Shown one piece after another: positions 20,008 through 30,426 of a stretch of 64,000 nt of DNA. Each line of letters opens with the position of its first letter. Positions within the stretch are counted from its first letter, which is position 1. Made by a program: the position numbers and the translations under genes. Below the pieces are notes generated by a model. The model was given only the letters and a program-made list of their open reading frames with translations. It was not told where the DNA came from and ran no database searches. The DNA is taken from the NCBI GenBank assembly GCA_040756235.1, contig JBFLZG010000081.1:1-64000 (forward strand). Direction: 5' to 3'. Origin of the DNA: a bacterium. Its GTDB lineage: Bacteria > Desulfobacterota > DSWW01.

Positions 20008-21705
20008 ATGGGCTATGCATTCGAACAACCCGAAGCCGGTCCCGTCCGCAACGAGGCCTCCGATCTGCTCGCCCGGATCCAAGAAATCTGCCGCCAGTTC
20101 GGGGTCCGCTCCCTTGACCGCCGCATCGATGTCTGCCGGGCACTGCTGACTCGGACCCAAGTCATCGACGTCGCCATCCTCGGGCAGTTCAAGGCGGGGA
20201 AGAGTTCCTTCCTGAACAGCCTCATCGGCAAGTCGATCCTGCCGGTCGGGGTCGTACCCGTCACCACCGCCATCACCCGTCTTCAATACGGAAAGCGGGA
20301 AAGGGCCCTCGTCAGCCATTACGACGGCAGGCAGACCGAGGTGGATTGCACCGCCGTCGAGGAGTTCACCTCCGAGGCGAGAAATCCGTCGAATCGCAAG
20401 AACGTCGAAGTGGTCGACGTCGAGCTTCCTGCGCTGGCGAAGTACCCCGGGCTGCGCCTGGTCGATACCCCGGGTCTGGGGAGCGTCTTCAAGGTCCACA
20501 TGGAAACCTCGGAGAACTGGCTCCCGGAAGTGGGGGCAGCCCTGCTGGCCGTGAGCGCCGACCGCCCCCTGGGGCAGAACGATCTGGAGCTCATCCGCGG
20601 GCTGCGAAGCCATACTCCGAGGATCGTGCTCCTGCTCAGCAAGGCCGATCTTCTGTCGCCCTCCCAGCAAGAGGAGGTCCTCGAGTTTTTCTCTGCCGCG
20701 CTCAGACGCGAGCTGCACGAGGAATATCCCGTCCTGCTCTACTCCACCCGCACCGGGACCGAGCACTGGAAGCAGAGAGTGGAAGAGGAGGTCCTCAACC
20801 CTCTGGCTTCCAAACAGGAGGACGAGCTCAGGCATATCCTGCGCCACAAGATACAGTCTCTCGGCAGAGACTGTCTGAGCTACCTGCAAATCGCGCTGCA
20901 GAGCTCACTCCAGGCGGACCTCGACCGTGACGAGCTGCGCAGGAAGATCTTCGACGAGCGGGTGAACTACGACCTCATGCGCGACCAACTTGCCCTGATC
21001 GCACGTGAGAACGCGCACGAGACCCGCCCGCTCATCAAGAGCTATCTCGAGACGACCCAGGAGCCACAGCTCAAGAACAAGCTCGTGGGGGCGCTGTGCC
21101 GGGAGATCCCATCCTGGAGAGGGAACATCAAGCAGATGACCCGCAGCTACGAGGAGTGGGTCGAAGAGAGCCTGACCGAAGAGATCGAGCGCGTCTCCAG
21201 GAGCGAACAAGAACACTTCATGGGAACCTTGAGAAAGGCCCATGCGAGCCTCACCCGCTCCCTGGAGGCCTTCCGCACGCTCCTCAATCAGAACGTCGAA
21301 CAGGTGCTCGGGGTGCCTCTTGCAGAGGCCGAATGGAAGATCGAGGTCGCGGAGCCCCGCCAGCCGGACATCAAGATCGGACGGACCTTCGACTTCCATT
21401 TCGATTCCATCTGGTTCCTGATTCCCATGTTCCTCTTCCGGCCTCTGGTCGAGAAGCATTTCATGAACCAGGCTTACTATGAAGTTGAGGTTAACCTCTC
21501 GCGTCTGGCGGCACAGTGGGAAGAACGGATTAACAAGGCGATCGACGCCATGAAGAAGCAGGCCATCCGATACATCCAGGACGAGCTGAGCACGATCGAA
21601 GCCCTGCTTTCCAGGACCCAGGGCCAGACCGGCGAGATCCGCCGCTCCATGGAAGCTCTGCGGGAAGGGCTCGAGCGCCTGTCGCAACCCGGCCGGGAGG
21701 GCTAG
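20008..21705 (+). CDS. Dynamin-like GTPase
   Basis: G1 GQFKAGKSS, G2 PVT, G3 DTPG, G4 SKAD; long helical stalk with hydrophobic tip (FDSIWFLIPMFLF). Confidence 0.85.
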   Translation: MGYAFEQPEAGPVRNEASDLLARIQEICRQFGVRSLDRRIDVCRALLTRTQVIDVAILGQFKAGKSSFLNSLIGKSILPVGVVPVTTAITRLQYGKRERALVSHYDGRQTEVDCTAVEEFTSEARNPSNRKNVEVVDVELPALAKYPGLRLVDTPGLGSVFKVHMETSENWLPEVGAALLAVSADRPLGQNDLELIRGLRSHTPRIVLLLSKADLLSPSQQEEVLEFFSAALRRELHEEYPVLLYSTRTGTEHWKQRVEEEVLNPLASKQEDELRHILRHKIQSLGRDCLSYLQIALQSSLQADLDRDELRRKIFDERVNYDLMRDQLALIARENAHETRPLIKSYLETTQEPQLKNKLVGALCREIPSWRGNIKQMTRSYEEWVEESLTEEIERVSRSEQEHFMGTLRKAHASLTRSLEAFRTLLNQNVEQVLGVPLAEAEWKIEVAEPRQPDIKIGRTFDFHFDSIWFLIPMFLFRPLVEKHFMNQAYYEVEVNLSRLAAQWEERINKAIDAMKKQAIRYIQDELSTIEALLSRTQGQTGEIRRSMEALREGLERLSQPGREG

Positions 21706-21806
21706 CTCTCGATCCGCCTCGCTTCCATCCCATCGGAGCCTTGCGCGACAGATTTTCCAGGACGCGCTATCTGGCCATCGGCTATGGAACATCTTTCGGA
21801 GGAGCC

Positions 21807-22523
21807 ATGAAAGATGCGAAAGCGAGCGTGCTCTCCCTGATTCTTTTCCTTGCTGTGGCGGTGGCCCCGCTCGCCGCCCAGCAAACCCCGCCCGGTGGTG
21901 CCGTCCTCTCTGATGAGGCCATCGAGCAACGGCTTCGCTTCATCCAACAGCGGCTGGACTCCAACAAACGGCATGGCAGGATCTGGTACTGGAGCTGGAT
22001 GGCGATCAACGGCGGCTCTGCGGTCGGTCTCGGGATTGCCGCAGGAACCACGACTGACGAGTCGACCCGCGTCGGCTACGCCTCCAAGGCGACTCTGGCC
22101 ACCATCGGCGTGGCGAGCCTCGTCTTCCGGCCTTTGCAGGCAAGACACGGCGCCGATTCGATCCGCGGTCTGCCGGAATCGACCCGAGAGGAAAAAGCGG
22201 CCAAGCTTGGTGCGGCGGAGGATCTCCTGCGCTCCAATGCCGCGAGGGCGGCCGAGCGCAAGAGTTGGGTGATGCACCTGGGGAATGTGCTGTTGAACAC
22301 GGGCGCAGGCGTCGCCACCGGGCTAGCCGGGGACCCGGCCGGTGGAGCGATCGCCGCCGGCACCGGCGTTCTGTCCGGCACGATCTTTCTCCTCAGCCAG
22401 CCCGCGGGGCCGGAACGGGACTGGGAAGAATATCGGGGGATGGCGTCCCACCGCGCAACCGAACGCATGCAGCTCTCCGTTCAGCCCGCGCGCCGGGGTC
22501 TGCAAGTACAGCTCCGGTGGTAG
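21807..22523 (+). CDS. Exported/membrane hypothetical protein
   Basis: GGAGG RBS, signal peptide, Gly-rich hydrophobic helices, C-terminal LQVQLRW. Confidence 0.7.
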   Translation: MKDAKASVLSLILFLAVAVAPLAAQQTPPGGAVLSDEAIEQRLRFIQQRLDSNKRHGRIWYWSWMAINGGSAVGLGIAAGTTTDESTRVGYASKATLATIGVASLVFRPLQARHGADSIRGLPESTREEKAAKLGAAEDLLRSNAARAAERKSWVMHLGNVLLNTGAGVATGLAGDPAGGAIAAGTGVLSGTIFLLSQPAGPERDWEEYRGMASHRATERMQLSVQPARRGLQVQLRW

Positions 22524-22614
22524 CCGTGCCTGCCGCGCCCTCTGCCGTGACGCATCCCTCTTTTCTCCGTGAAACGTCTTGCGCCGAGCCAATCCCTGTG
22601 GCACAATTCTCATG

Positions 22615-22631
22615 GTATGAAAATTTCATAC
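22615..22631. promoter_or_regulatory. Palindromic operator upstream of the toxin-antitoxin operon
   Basis: GTATGAAA-A-TTTCATAC perfect 8-bp inverted repeat, about 30 bp before the antitoxin ATG. Confidence 0.55.
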
Positions 22632-22663
22632 TGTTCTCTTGGGATAGCCAGGGAGGAATCGGG

Positions 22664-22903
22664 ATGGGCGATGCCGTAAAGAAAACCATCTCCCTTCCGT
22701 CCGACCTCGCTGAAGACGCAGAGCGGATGGCTCGCGAGGAGGGAAAGAGTCTCAGTGCCGTGATCCAGGAGGCGCTCCGGTTGGCGAAGCGGCAGCGTCT
22801 TCGGCCGGAATGGAGGGCGATGCAAGGGTACTGGAGCGCCCGCGCGCGGGAAAAAGGGCTTGTCGACGAGGATGACCTGGAGCGCTTCCTGGGCCGGCGA
22901 TGA
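22664..22903 (+). CDS. Ribbon-helix-helix (CopG-like) antitoxin
   Basis: KKTISLPSDLAEDAERMAREEGKSLSAVIQEALR; ATGA overlap with the PIN gene. Confidence 0.8.
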   Translation: MGDAVKKTISLPSDLAEDAERMAREEGKSLSAVIQEALRLAKRQRLRPEWRAMQGYWSARAREKGLVDEDDLERFLGRR

Positions 22904-23319
22904 AGGTCGTCTTCGACTCCAACATTCTCATCGCGGCGCTGCTGTTTCCTGACGGCCGGGCAGCAGCAGCGGTGACGAAGATTCTCGACGGACCCGACGG
23001 GTTGGTCATTTCGCGTCCCGTCATCCAGGAAGTCCTCTCCGTTCTGGCAGCGAAATTCTCCCGTGACAAGGAAGAGCTGAGCCGAGTGGCGGTCATTCTG
23101 AGCGAGATGGGTGAGGTCGTGGAGCCCGCCTGCAAGCTGTGCGTTTTCCGGCACGAACCGGACAACCGGATCCTCGAGTGCGTGGTCGCCGGGAAAGCGG
23201 AGCTGATCGTGACCAGCGACAAGGCGATGCTCACCACCGGCGAATATGAAGGAATCCGGCTGGCCACGCTTGCCGATTACCTCGGCCAGGCAACGCGGGG
23301 CGGCGGGCAGCGAAGTTGA
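22900..23319 (+). CDS. PIN-domain toxin
   Basis: MKVVFDSNILIAAL, PDNRILECVV, LIVTSDK. Confidence 0.85.
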   Translation: MKVVFDSNILIAALLFPDGRAAAAVTKILDGPDGLVISRPVIQEVLSVLAAKFSRDKEELSRVAVILSEMGEVVEPACKLCVFRHEPDNRILECVVAGKAELIVTSDKAMLTTGEYEGIRLATLADYLGQATRGGGQRS

Positions 23320-23337
23320 CCACGCGCAGGATCCTTC

Positions 23338-24186
23338 TCACTCCAACGCCTGCAGCCCCCAGGGAGGCGAGGCGTTGACGAGCCACCCCGTCCGGCATTT
23401 CATCTTGACCGGTGTGAACGTGGCGCCCGGCTTCTCGGCTGTCCAGACGTACTCGCCCGGAGGCACCTGGACGAAGAGCACGCCCCCGTCCTCGCTGGTC
23501 TCCGTGAGATCCCGGTTGGGGATCACGTCGGCCCCGAAGTAGATCGGCCCGTGCTCGGGCGGCAGCGGCGGATCGATCTGGACCGTTGCTCCGGCTTCGC
23601 CGTGGGCCCCTTCGTCGTAGAGGGACTTGCCCACCCGCGTGACCGTGGTCACCATCTGGCAGCTCTCTTCCTCGTCCGGCTCCAGGCCGATGATCGCGGC
23701 CAGCAGGTAGTACGCTGGGTAGGTCACGGCCTGAAAGGTCACCCGTTCGACACCCCCGGGCCCGAGCCGGATCGTGCCGGTCTGGATGAGATGGTAATTG
23801 TAGGCGGGCCGGAGGTGAGGCAGCTCCATGGTCAGCGTGACCTCTTCTCCTTCTTCGAGTCCCTCGAAGTGGAAATGGCCGTCCGCCCCGGTCGTCACCC
23901 GCATCTCCGGATGCTCCAGGATGGAGATCCTCGCCCCTTCGAGGCGCGCCTCCGGAGAAACGTTGAACGGGATCGCGTCCCCGTCAACCGAAACCTGCGC
24001 AGGGTAGCCGGAGCAATCCTCCTTGCAGGCGCCCCGGGACCCGTTCAGGCAGCCGTCGTCGCAGGCTTCCGACCCTTCCGTGCGGCCGTCGCCGCATCGC
24101 GGCCCGCTCTCATCGTCGCTGCATCCGGCGGCCACAAGCACCGACAGAGCGACCCAGCAGGCTCCGAGGAACGTTCCGGCTCTCAT
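23338..24186 (-). CDS. Putative lipoprotein with Cys-rich N-terminal repeat and carboxypeptidase-regulatory-like domains
   Basis: Lipobox VAAGC; CGDG...EACDDG; TTGADGHFHFEGL. Confidence 0.7.
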   Translation of the reverse strand: MRAGTFLGACWVALSVLVAAGCSDDESGPRCGDGRTEGSEACDDGCLNGSRGACKEDCSGYPAQVSVDGDAIPFNVSPEARLEGARISILEHPEMRVTTGADGHFHFEGLEEGEEVTLTMELPHLRPAYNYHLIQTGTIRLGPGGVERVTFQAVTYPAYYLLAAIIGLEPDEEESCQMVTTVTRVGKSLYDEGAHGEAGATVQIDPPLPPEHGPIYFGADVIPNRDLTETSEDGGVLFVQVPPGEYVWTAEKPGATFTPVKMKCRTGWLVNASPPWGLQALE

Positions 24187-24347
24187 GCGTCCCCCCCCTT
24201 TTTTCGCGTGTTTGGGCCGGACGATAGGAGAGTCGCTTTGCAGATGTCAAGGAGAAAGACGGCGCTCAGCCGTGGTGGGTGGGCACGCCTTCGGCTTAGC
24301 CCACCCTGCCGAGTGTTCACACGGCTCCCTCGGCGATTGCCGCTCTT

Positions 24348-26606
24348 TTAGAATCTCCGGCGTGACAGGCGCAGGCTATTGAGGACGACGGTGATGCTGG
24401 ACAGGGCCATGGCCCCGGCCGCCATGGCCGGGTGGAAGCTCCGCAGCGCGTGCGGCAGCCACTCGATGCCGTAGAGCGCCCCGGCCGCGACCGGGATGAG
24501 GACGATGTTGTAGAAGAACGCCCAGAACAGGTTCTGACGGATCGTGGTCATGATCGCCCGCGACAGGTGGACGGCCCGCACCACCTCCCGCAGGTCGCCG
24601 CGGACGAGCGTCACGTCGGCCGCCTCCTTGGCCACGTCGGTGCCGGTGCCGATCGCGATCCCGACGTCTGCCCGGGCCAGGGCCGGCGCATCGTTGATTC
24701 CGTCGCCGACCATCCCGACCAGGCCGTTTCCTGCCCGCACGCGGCGCACGATCTCTTCCTTGGCCTGTGGCAGGACGGCGGCGTAGACTCGTTCGATGCC
24801 CACCCGGCGGGCGACGGCCCAGGCGGCCTGCTCGCTGTCCCCGGTCACCATGACGGGTGCGATGCCGAGCCGTTCGAGCCCGGCCACGGCTTCTGCCGCA
24901 CCCGGCTTCTCCTCGTCCGAAAACCCCATCCAACCAGCCAGGCGGCCGTCCACGCGGATGGCCATCACCGCTTTCCCCTCGCCGCGCAGGCGCTCGGCGA
25001 TCTCCAGACCGTGCGCTCCGCCATCGGGGTTCCCCAGCACCCACTCGGGCCTTCCGACCTGGACCGCATGCCCCCGGACGCTGGCCTCGAGCCCCGACCC
25101 GAAGACGCTGCGCAGGTCTTCCGGCTCGAACAGCTCGACACCGCGCTCTCTGGCTGCCGCGACCACGGCCCGGCCGATCGGGTGCTCGGACCCGGCCTCC
25201 GCGCTCGCCGCCAGCTTGAAGTCGAGCCGCTCTTCGACAGGGTCCTCCGGGATCCAGTCCGTGAGCACGACCTGGCCCCGGGTGATCGTTCCGGTCTTGT
25301 CGAACATCACCGTCTTCAGCCGGTGCACCGTCTCCAGGGCCTCGCTGTTCCGGAAGAGAATGCCGAAGCTGGCCGCCTTGCCCATGCCGGCCATGATGGC
25401 GGTGGGCGTCGCCAGGCCCAGGGCGCACGGGCAGGCGATGACCAGGACCGCCACCATCCGGATCATCGCTGTCACGTGGTCGCCGCCGAAAATCCACCAG
25501 AGCGCCAAGGTCGCCAGAGCGATCAGGACGATGGCCGGGACGAAGATCCCCGAGACCCGATCCGCGAGCCGCTGGATCGGCGCCTTGCTCGCCTGGGCTT
25601 CCCGCACGAGCCGCACGATCTGCGCCAGAACGGTCTCCGAGCCTCTGCGCGTGGCCCGCACCTTGAGCAGCCCCTGGAGGTTCAAGGTCGCCCCGAAGAC
25701 CGGGCTCTCCGGGCCCTTGTCGACCGGCAGGGGCTCGCCCGTGAGCATGCTCTCGTCCACCGAAGACTGCCCGGACGCCACGCTCCCGTCCACCGGGATG
25801 CGCTCGCCCGGCCGTACCACGAGCAGGTCTCCGGGCAGGACGGACCCGGCCGGCACCTCCCGCTCCGCCCCGTTCTGGTCCAGCACCCGGGCGGTCCTGG
25901 GCGCCAGGTCCATGAGGCTGCGGATGGCCGCGGACGCCCGCCCCTTGGCCCGCGCCTCCAGATACTTGCCGATCTTGATGAGGGTGATGATCATGGCAGA
26001 GGTTTCGAAGTAAACGTGATGGCTGCCGGAGGCCGGCCAGAGCAGCACGCTCAGCGAGTAGAAATACGCCGTGGAAGATCCCAGGGCGATGAGCACGTCC
26101 ATGTTGGCGCTGCGGTTGCGCAGGCTCTGAAAGGCCCCCCTGTAGTAGCCGAGGCCCGTGTAGAACTGCACCGGAGTGGCGAGCAGGAACAGGACCGCGT
26201 CGAGCCAGGCCGCGTGCCCGAGCGCGCTCAAAGGCCCGAGAACTGCGAAGTCACGCCCCATGCTCAGGGCGGCCAGCGGCGCCGTGAAGAGCACCCCCAC
26301 CAGCAGCTGCCGCTTCTGTTTGAGCTCCTCGCGCGCCCGGGCCTGCTCCTCCGCGTCCCGGGGTCCCCCCTCGGCCTCCGTTTCCACCACCAGCTTGTAC
26401 CCGGCCGCCCCGACCGCCATGGCCATGGCCTCCGGGCCGGTCGCCGCAGGGTCGTACGCCACGGCCACGGTTTCGGCCGCAAGGTTCACGTCCGCCGTCA
26501 GCACGCCCGGCACCTTCTTCTTCAAGGCCCGTTCCACGGCCCGGGCGCAGTTGGCGCAGGTCATGCCCACGACCGGAAATTCGGCTCTCTGCTCCATCGC
26601 TTTCAC
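24348..26606 (-). CDS. copA: Copper-translocating P1B-type ATPase
   Basis: [39 protein letters not shown] and MALSS motifs. Confidence 0.95.
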   Translation of the reverse strand: MKAMEQRAEFPVVGMTCANCARAVERALKKKVPGVLTADVNLAAETVAVAYDPAATGPEAMAMAVGAAGYKLVVETEAEGGPRDAEEQARAREELKQKRQLLVGVLFTAPLAALSMGRDFAVLGPLSALGHAAWLDAVLFLLATPVQFYTGLGYYRGAFQSLRNRSANMDVLIALGSSTAYFYSLSVLLWPASGSHHVYFETSAMIITLIKIGKYLEARAKGRASAAIRSLMDLAPRTARVLDQNGAEREVPAGSVLPGDLLVVRPGERIPVDGSVASGQSSVDESMLTGEPLPVDKGPESPVFGATLNLQGLLKVRATRRGSETVLAQIVRLVREAQASKAPIQRLADRVSGIFVPAIVLIALATLALWWIFGGDHVTAMIRMVAVLVIACPCALGLATPTAIMAGMGKAASFGILFRNSEALETVHRLKTVMFDKTGTITRGQVVLTDWIPEDPVEERLDFKLAASAEAGSEHPIGRAVVAAARERGVELFEPEDLRSVFGSGLEASVRGHAVQVGRPEWVLGNPDGGAHGLEIAERLRGEGKAVMAIRVDGRLAGWMGFSDEEKPGAAEAVAGLERLGIAPVMVTGDSEQAAWAVARRVGIERVYAAVLPQAKEEIVRRVRAGNGLVGMVGDGINDAPALARADVGIAIGTGTDVAKEAADVTLVRGDLREVVRAVHLSRAIMTTIRQNLFWAFFYNIVLIPVAAGALYGIEWLPHALRSFHPAMAAGAMALSSITVVLNSLRLSRRRF

Positions 26607-26622
26607 CCGATTCCGGCCGGAA

Positions 26623-26829
26623 TCATGCAGCGGCCGGATAACCGATCTCGTCCAGGGTCGCGGCGATCCGCTCCCACGTGGCGGGCGCGTTCCAGCGCAC
26701 CGTCACGGTCCGGTCGGATGCACTCCCCTCGACGGAGGCGACCCCCTCCAGCTCGACCAACTCGCGTCGGATGTTGGCCACGCAGTGGCCGCAGCTGATG
26801 TTCGGGATCTTGACGGTCTTCGTCTCCAT
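26623..26829 (-). CDS. copZ: Copper chaperone (HMA domain)
   Basis: [16 protein letters not shown]...IGY; immediately upstream of copA. Confidence 0.85.
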   Translation of the reverse strand: METKTVKIPNISCGHCVANIRRELVELEGVASVEGSASDRTVTVRWNAPATWERIAATLDEIGYPAAA

Positions 26830-27083
26830 GGCATCCCTGCAGGTGCATCCGCCCGCACCCTTCTCTCGCGTCGGCCCGCATTCCTCATCTCGATCGTAAC
26901 ACCGCAGGTTCGATGCCCACAAGAGCGCCTGCGCGCGCCCTCACGCGCCCCTGCCGGCGAGTCTTTCCGGGGGCGCGCTTTCTCGTCGCGCCAATGAATT
27001 GCCAAACAAGCCCTCAGATGCTACTTTAACCCGCATCCGTCGGGCTGGCACCCGACCCGACACCCGCAACCCGGTTCAGAGCC

Positions 27084-28907
27084 ATGGCGATCCGCAAAGA
27101 TCACGGATACGACGAGCAGAAGATCAAGACCCTGTCCTCGGTCGAGCACATCCGGCTGAGGACCGGGATGTACATCGGCCGCCTGGGGGACGGCTCCCAC
27201 TATGACGACGGCATCTACATCCTGCTCAAGGAGGTCATCGACAACGCGATCGACGAATTCATCATGGGCTTCGGCAAAGAGGTCGCGGTCTCCGTTCAAG
27301 GCACCTCCGTGACGGTCCGCGACTTCGGCCGGGGCATTCCCCTGGGGAAGGTCCTCGACTGCGTCTCCCGCATCAACACGGGAGCCAAGTACAACGACGA
27401 TGTCTTTCAGTTCAGCGTGGGCCTGAACGGGGTCGGGACCAAGGCCGTGAATGCCCTTTCGAGCGACTTCACGGTCCGCAGCCACCGCGAGGAACGCTTT
27501 GCCGAGGCACGCTTCCGCCAGGGGAAGCTGGTCGGCCAGCACAGCGGCAAGTCCCCCGGCGAGCCGGACGGGACCCTTGTCGCCTTCACGCCGGATCCCG
27601 ATATTTTCGGCCAGGTCCGCTTCCTGGAAGAGCACGTATCCAAGAGGTTCCGCCACTACGCGTACCTCAATGCCGGGCTCCGGCTGGTCTACAACGGAGA
27701 GGTCGTCTCTTCCAGGAACGGGCTTCTCGACCTCATCGACGAGGAGGCAGCCGACGAGGCGATCTATCCGCCTCTGCACGCCACGAGCAAGATGCTCGAG
27801 ATCGCCTTCACCCACAGCAACAGCCGCTACGGCGAAACCTACTACTCATTCGTCAACGGCCAACTCACCTCGAGCGGCGGAACCCACCTGAGCGCCTTCC
27901 GCGAAGGGCTGCTCAAGGCCGTCAACGAGTTCTCCAAGAAGCGCTTCGAAGGGGACGACGTGCGCGAGGGGATCATCGGCGCCATCGCGATCAAGCTCAA
28001 GGAGCCGGTGTTCGAGTCCCAGACCAAGAACAAGCTCGGCAACACCGACATCCGCACCGATCTGGTGCAGCAGGTCCGGGACGTGGCCACGGACCTGCTG
28101 CACCGCAACCTCGAGACCGCCCAGAAGATCCTGGCCAAGATCGAAGACACCCAGCGGCTGCACAAGGAGCTCCAGAGCGTCAAGAAGATGGCCCGGGAAA
28201 GGGCCCGTTCCATCTCCATCCGCATCCCCCAGCTCAAGGACTGCAAGGTCCACCTGAACAAGAAGAAGCTCCAGGGGACCGAGTCAATGATCTTCATCAC
28301 CGAAGGGCAGTCCGCGGCCGGCTCGATCGTGAGCTGCAGGGACGTGAGCACCCAGGCCATCTTCACCCTCAAGGGGAAACCTCTGAACGTGTGGGACCTC
28401 AAGCGGGACGCCCTCTACAAGAACGAGGAAACCTACAATCTCATGCGCGGCCTGAACATCGAAGATACGGTGGACGGCCTGCGCTATCACAAGGTGATCC
28501 TCGCCACGGACGCGGACGTGGACGGCCTGCACATCCGCAACCTGCTCATCACTTTCTTCCTGCGCTTCTTCGACAGCCTGGTCAGCCAGGGGCACCTGCA
28601 CATCCTGGAGACCCCGCTCTTCCGCGTGCGCAACAAGGCAAAAACGTTCTACTGCTATTCCGAGGCCGAACGCCAGAGCGCGCTCAAGGAGATCGGCCGC
28701 GGCGCCGAGATCACGCGTTTCAAAGGGCTCGGGGAGATTTCCCCTTCCGAGTTCAAGCGCTTCATCGGTCCCGACATGCGCCTGACGCCGGTCGTCTGTG
28801 ACGGCAGGCACTCGATTCGGGATATTCTGTGCTTCTACATGGGCAAGAACACCCAGGAGCGGCGCAACTACATCATGGAGCGACTCGTCGTCGAGGAGCA
28901 GGAGTGA
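27084..28907 (+). CDS. parE: Type II topoisomerase B subunit (topo IV-like)
   Basis: EHIRLRTGMYIG, EVIDNAIDE, DFGRGIP, TEGQSA, ATDADVDGLHI, RFKGLGE. Confidence 0.85.
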   Translation: MAIRKDHGYDEQKIKTLSSVEHIRLRTGMYIGRLGDGSHYDDGIYILLKEVIDNAIDEFIMGFGKEVAVSVQGTSVTVRDFGRGIPLGKVLDCVSRINTGAKYNDDVFQFSVGLNGVGTKAVNALSSDFTVRSHREERFAEARFRQGKLVGQHSGKSPGEPDGTLVAFTPDPDIFGQVRFLEEHVSKRFRHYAYLNAGLRLVYNGEVVSSRNGLLDLIDEEAADEAIYPPLHATSKMLEIAFTHSNSRYGETYYSFVNGQLTSSGGTHLSAFREGLLKAVNEFSKKRFEGDDVREGIIGAIAIKLKEPVFESQTKNKLGNTDIRTDLVQQVRDVATDLLHRNLETAQKILAKIEDTQRLHKELQSVKKMARERARSISIRIPQLKDCKVHLNKKKLQGTESMIFITEGQSAAGSIVSCRDVSTQAIFTLKGKPLNVWDLKRDALYKNEETYNLMRGLNIEDTVDGLRYHKVILATDADVDGLHIRNLLITFFLRFFDSLVSQGHLHILETPLFRVRNKAKTFYCYSEAERQSALKEIGRGAEITRFKGLGEISPSEFKRFIGPDMRLTPVVCDGRHSIRDILCFYMGKNTQERRNYIMERLVVEEQE

Positions 28908-28942
28908 CGGGATCGACCCAACTCACCGGGAGACCGGAACCC

Positions 28943-30103
28943 ATGAAAAAGGCCATCTACGCCCTCTCCGGGGACCCTTTTCATAAGGGACACCTGGACA
29001 TCATCCAACGGGCCAGTCGCGTCTTCGACGAGGTCGTGGTGGCGATCGGCGTCAACCCGGAGAAGCAGTACCTCTTCTCCCTTACGGAACGCAGCCAGAT
29101 GATCAGCCGGTCCGTTTCGTCGATACCGAACGTCAGGGTGGCCTCCTTCCAGGGGCTGCTCGTGGACTACGCTTACGAGCAGGGCGTGGACGTGATCATC
29201 AAGGGCGTGCGCAGCTCCAAGGACATGGAGTTCGAGAATCTCCTGCACCTGGTCGGAGAGAGCCAGGAGCTGGGGATCGACACCTTCGTCCTGTTTGCCA
29301 AGCCAGAGCTGATGCACGTCGCTTCGAGCACGATCAAGGCCCTGCAGCTGGAAGAGGGCTTCATCCACCATTACGTCCCCCTGAACGTCAAGCAGTGCCT
29401 GGAAGCGCGCATGTCCGGGCAGTATATCCTCGGCATCACCGGCGAGATCGGCGCCGGAAAGTCTCACGTGGCCGATACCTTTGTGGAGCTGGCTCGAGAG
29501 AGGGGCCTGCCGATCCACTCGATCGTGCTCGACGATCTCCACATGCAGATTCTCGAGGAGCTGCAGGAGCCTTCCTACCAGCAGGTGCGCCAGGAAATCG
29601 TGCGCGAATTCGGCACCTCGGTGCGGAACCCGGACGGCACGATCAGCCGCAAGAATCTGGGCGATTTGGTGTACAGCGACAATCTCCAGCTCGACAAGCT
29701 CAACCAGATCATGGAGAAGGCGCTCATGGTCCGGGTGCGGCGGGCGCTCCGGGGCAAGAAGGGGCTCATCCTGGTTACCGCCGCCCTGATGGCGGAATCG
29801 AAGCTCACGCACCTCTGCAACAACAACGTCGTCCTGGCGACCTGCGACAAGGCGAGCCAGGAGCGCCGGCTGCGCCAGCGGGGCCTCACGCCCGCCCAGA
29901 TCCAGCGGCGTCTGGACAGCCAATACAGCGAGAAAGAGAAACGAGACCGGATTCAGGCTCTGATCCAGGAAGCGAACCAGGGGCGCCTCTGGCCGGTGGA
30001 CAGCTCGGACGGAGCGCCCCAGTCCAACATCGGCCGCACCTTCGACGAGGTCGTGCAGTACTTCGGTCTCGCAAGAGCCGGAGGCGATCGGACCGTTTCA
30101 TGA
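28943..30103 (+). CDS. coaD: Bifunctional phosphopantetheine adenylyltransferase / dephospho-CoA kinase (CoaD-CoaE fusion)
   Basis: N-half DPFHKGHLDII, GLLVDYA, KGVRS, ASSTIK; C-half ILGITGEIGAGKS, DGTISRKNLG, RRLDSQ; one ORF. Confidence 0.85.
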   Translation: MKKAIYALSGDPFHKGHLDIIQRASRVFDEVVVAIGVNPEKQYLFSLTERSQMISRSVSSIPNVRVASFQGLLVDYAYEQGVDVIIKGVRSSKDMEFENLLHLVGESQELGIDTFVLFAKPELMHVASSTIKALQLEEGFIHHYVPLNVKQCLEARMSGQYILGITGEIGAGKSHVADTFVELARERGLPIHSIVLDDLHMQILEELQEPSYQQVRQEIVREFGTSVRNPDGTISRKNLGDLVYSDNLQLDKLNQIMEKALMVRVRRALRGKKGLILVTAALMAESKLTHLCNNNVVLATCDKASQERRLRQRGLTPAQIQRRLDSQYSEKEKRDRIQALIQEANQGRLWPVDSSDGAPQSNIGRTFDEVVQYFGLARAGGDRTVS

Positions 30104-30345
30104 AGTCCCTGCGCTGGATCAAGTCCCACGGCGACTGCGTGATGATCGGGAACCAGCTCTCGCCCGTCTCCTTCGACCACACGCCCGTCCGGCACCAGGA
30201 GCTCCGCGTGATCGCGGTCAACAGGCTCGACGGCCTGATCACGCACCGGTTCCCCCTCGACCGCTACAAGGAAGCCTTCCGGCTCGCCGGGGAAAAGTCG
30301 GGAAGGGTCATCAAGATCTTCTTCGGGATGCAGGGGCAGGTTTGA
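30100..30345 (+). pseudogene. Remnant of a Zn-dependent alcohol dehydrogenase C-terminus
   Basis: LDGLITHRFPLDRYKEAF...IKI resembles the MDR-family C-terminus; catalytic domain absent. Confidence 0.55.
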
Positions 30346-30358
30346 AGCCTGCCCCTGC
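30330..30358. repeat. REP-like palindrome
   Basis: GCAGGGGCAGGTTTGAAGCCTGCCCCTGC; similar copy at 32633-32655. Confidence 0.65.
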
Positions 30359-30426
30359 CCGGGACGACTGGCCGATATTTCGATCCCTCGAGACTGCTCT
30401 CTTGAGCATGAGGATTGTGCCCATTC

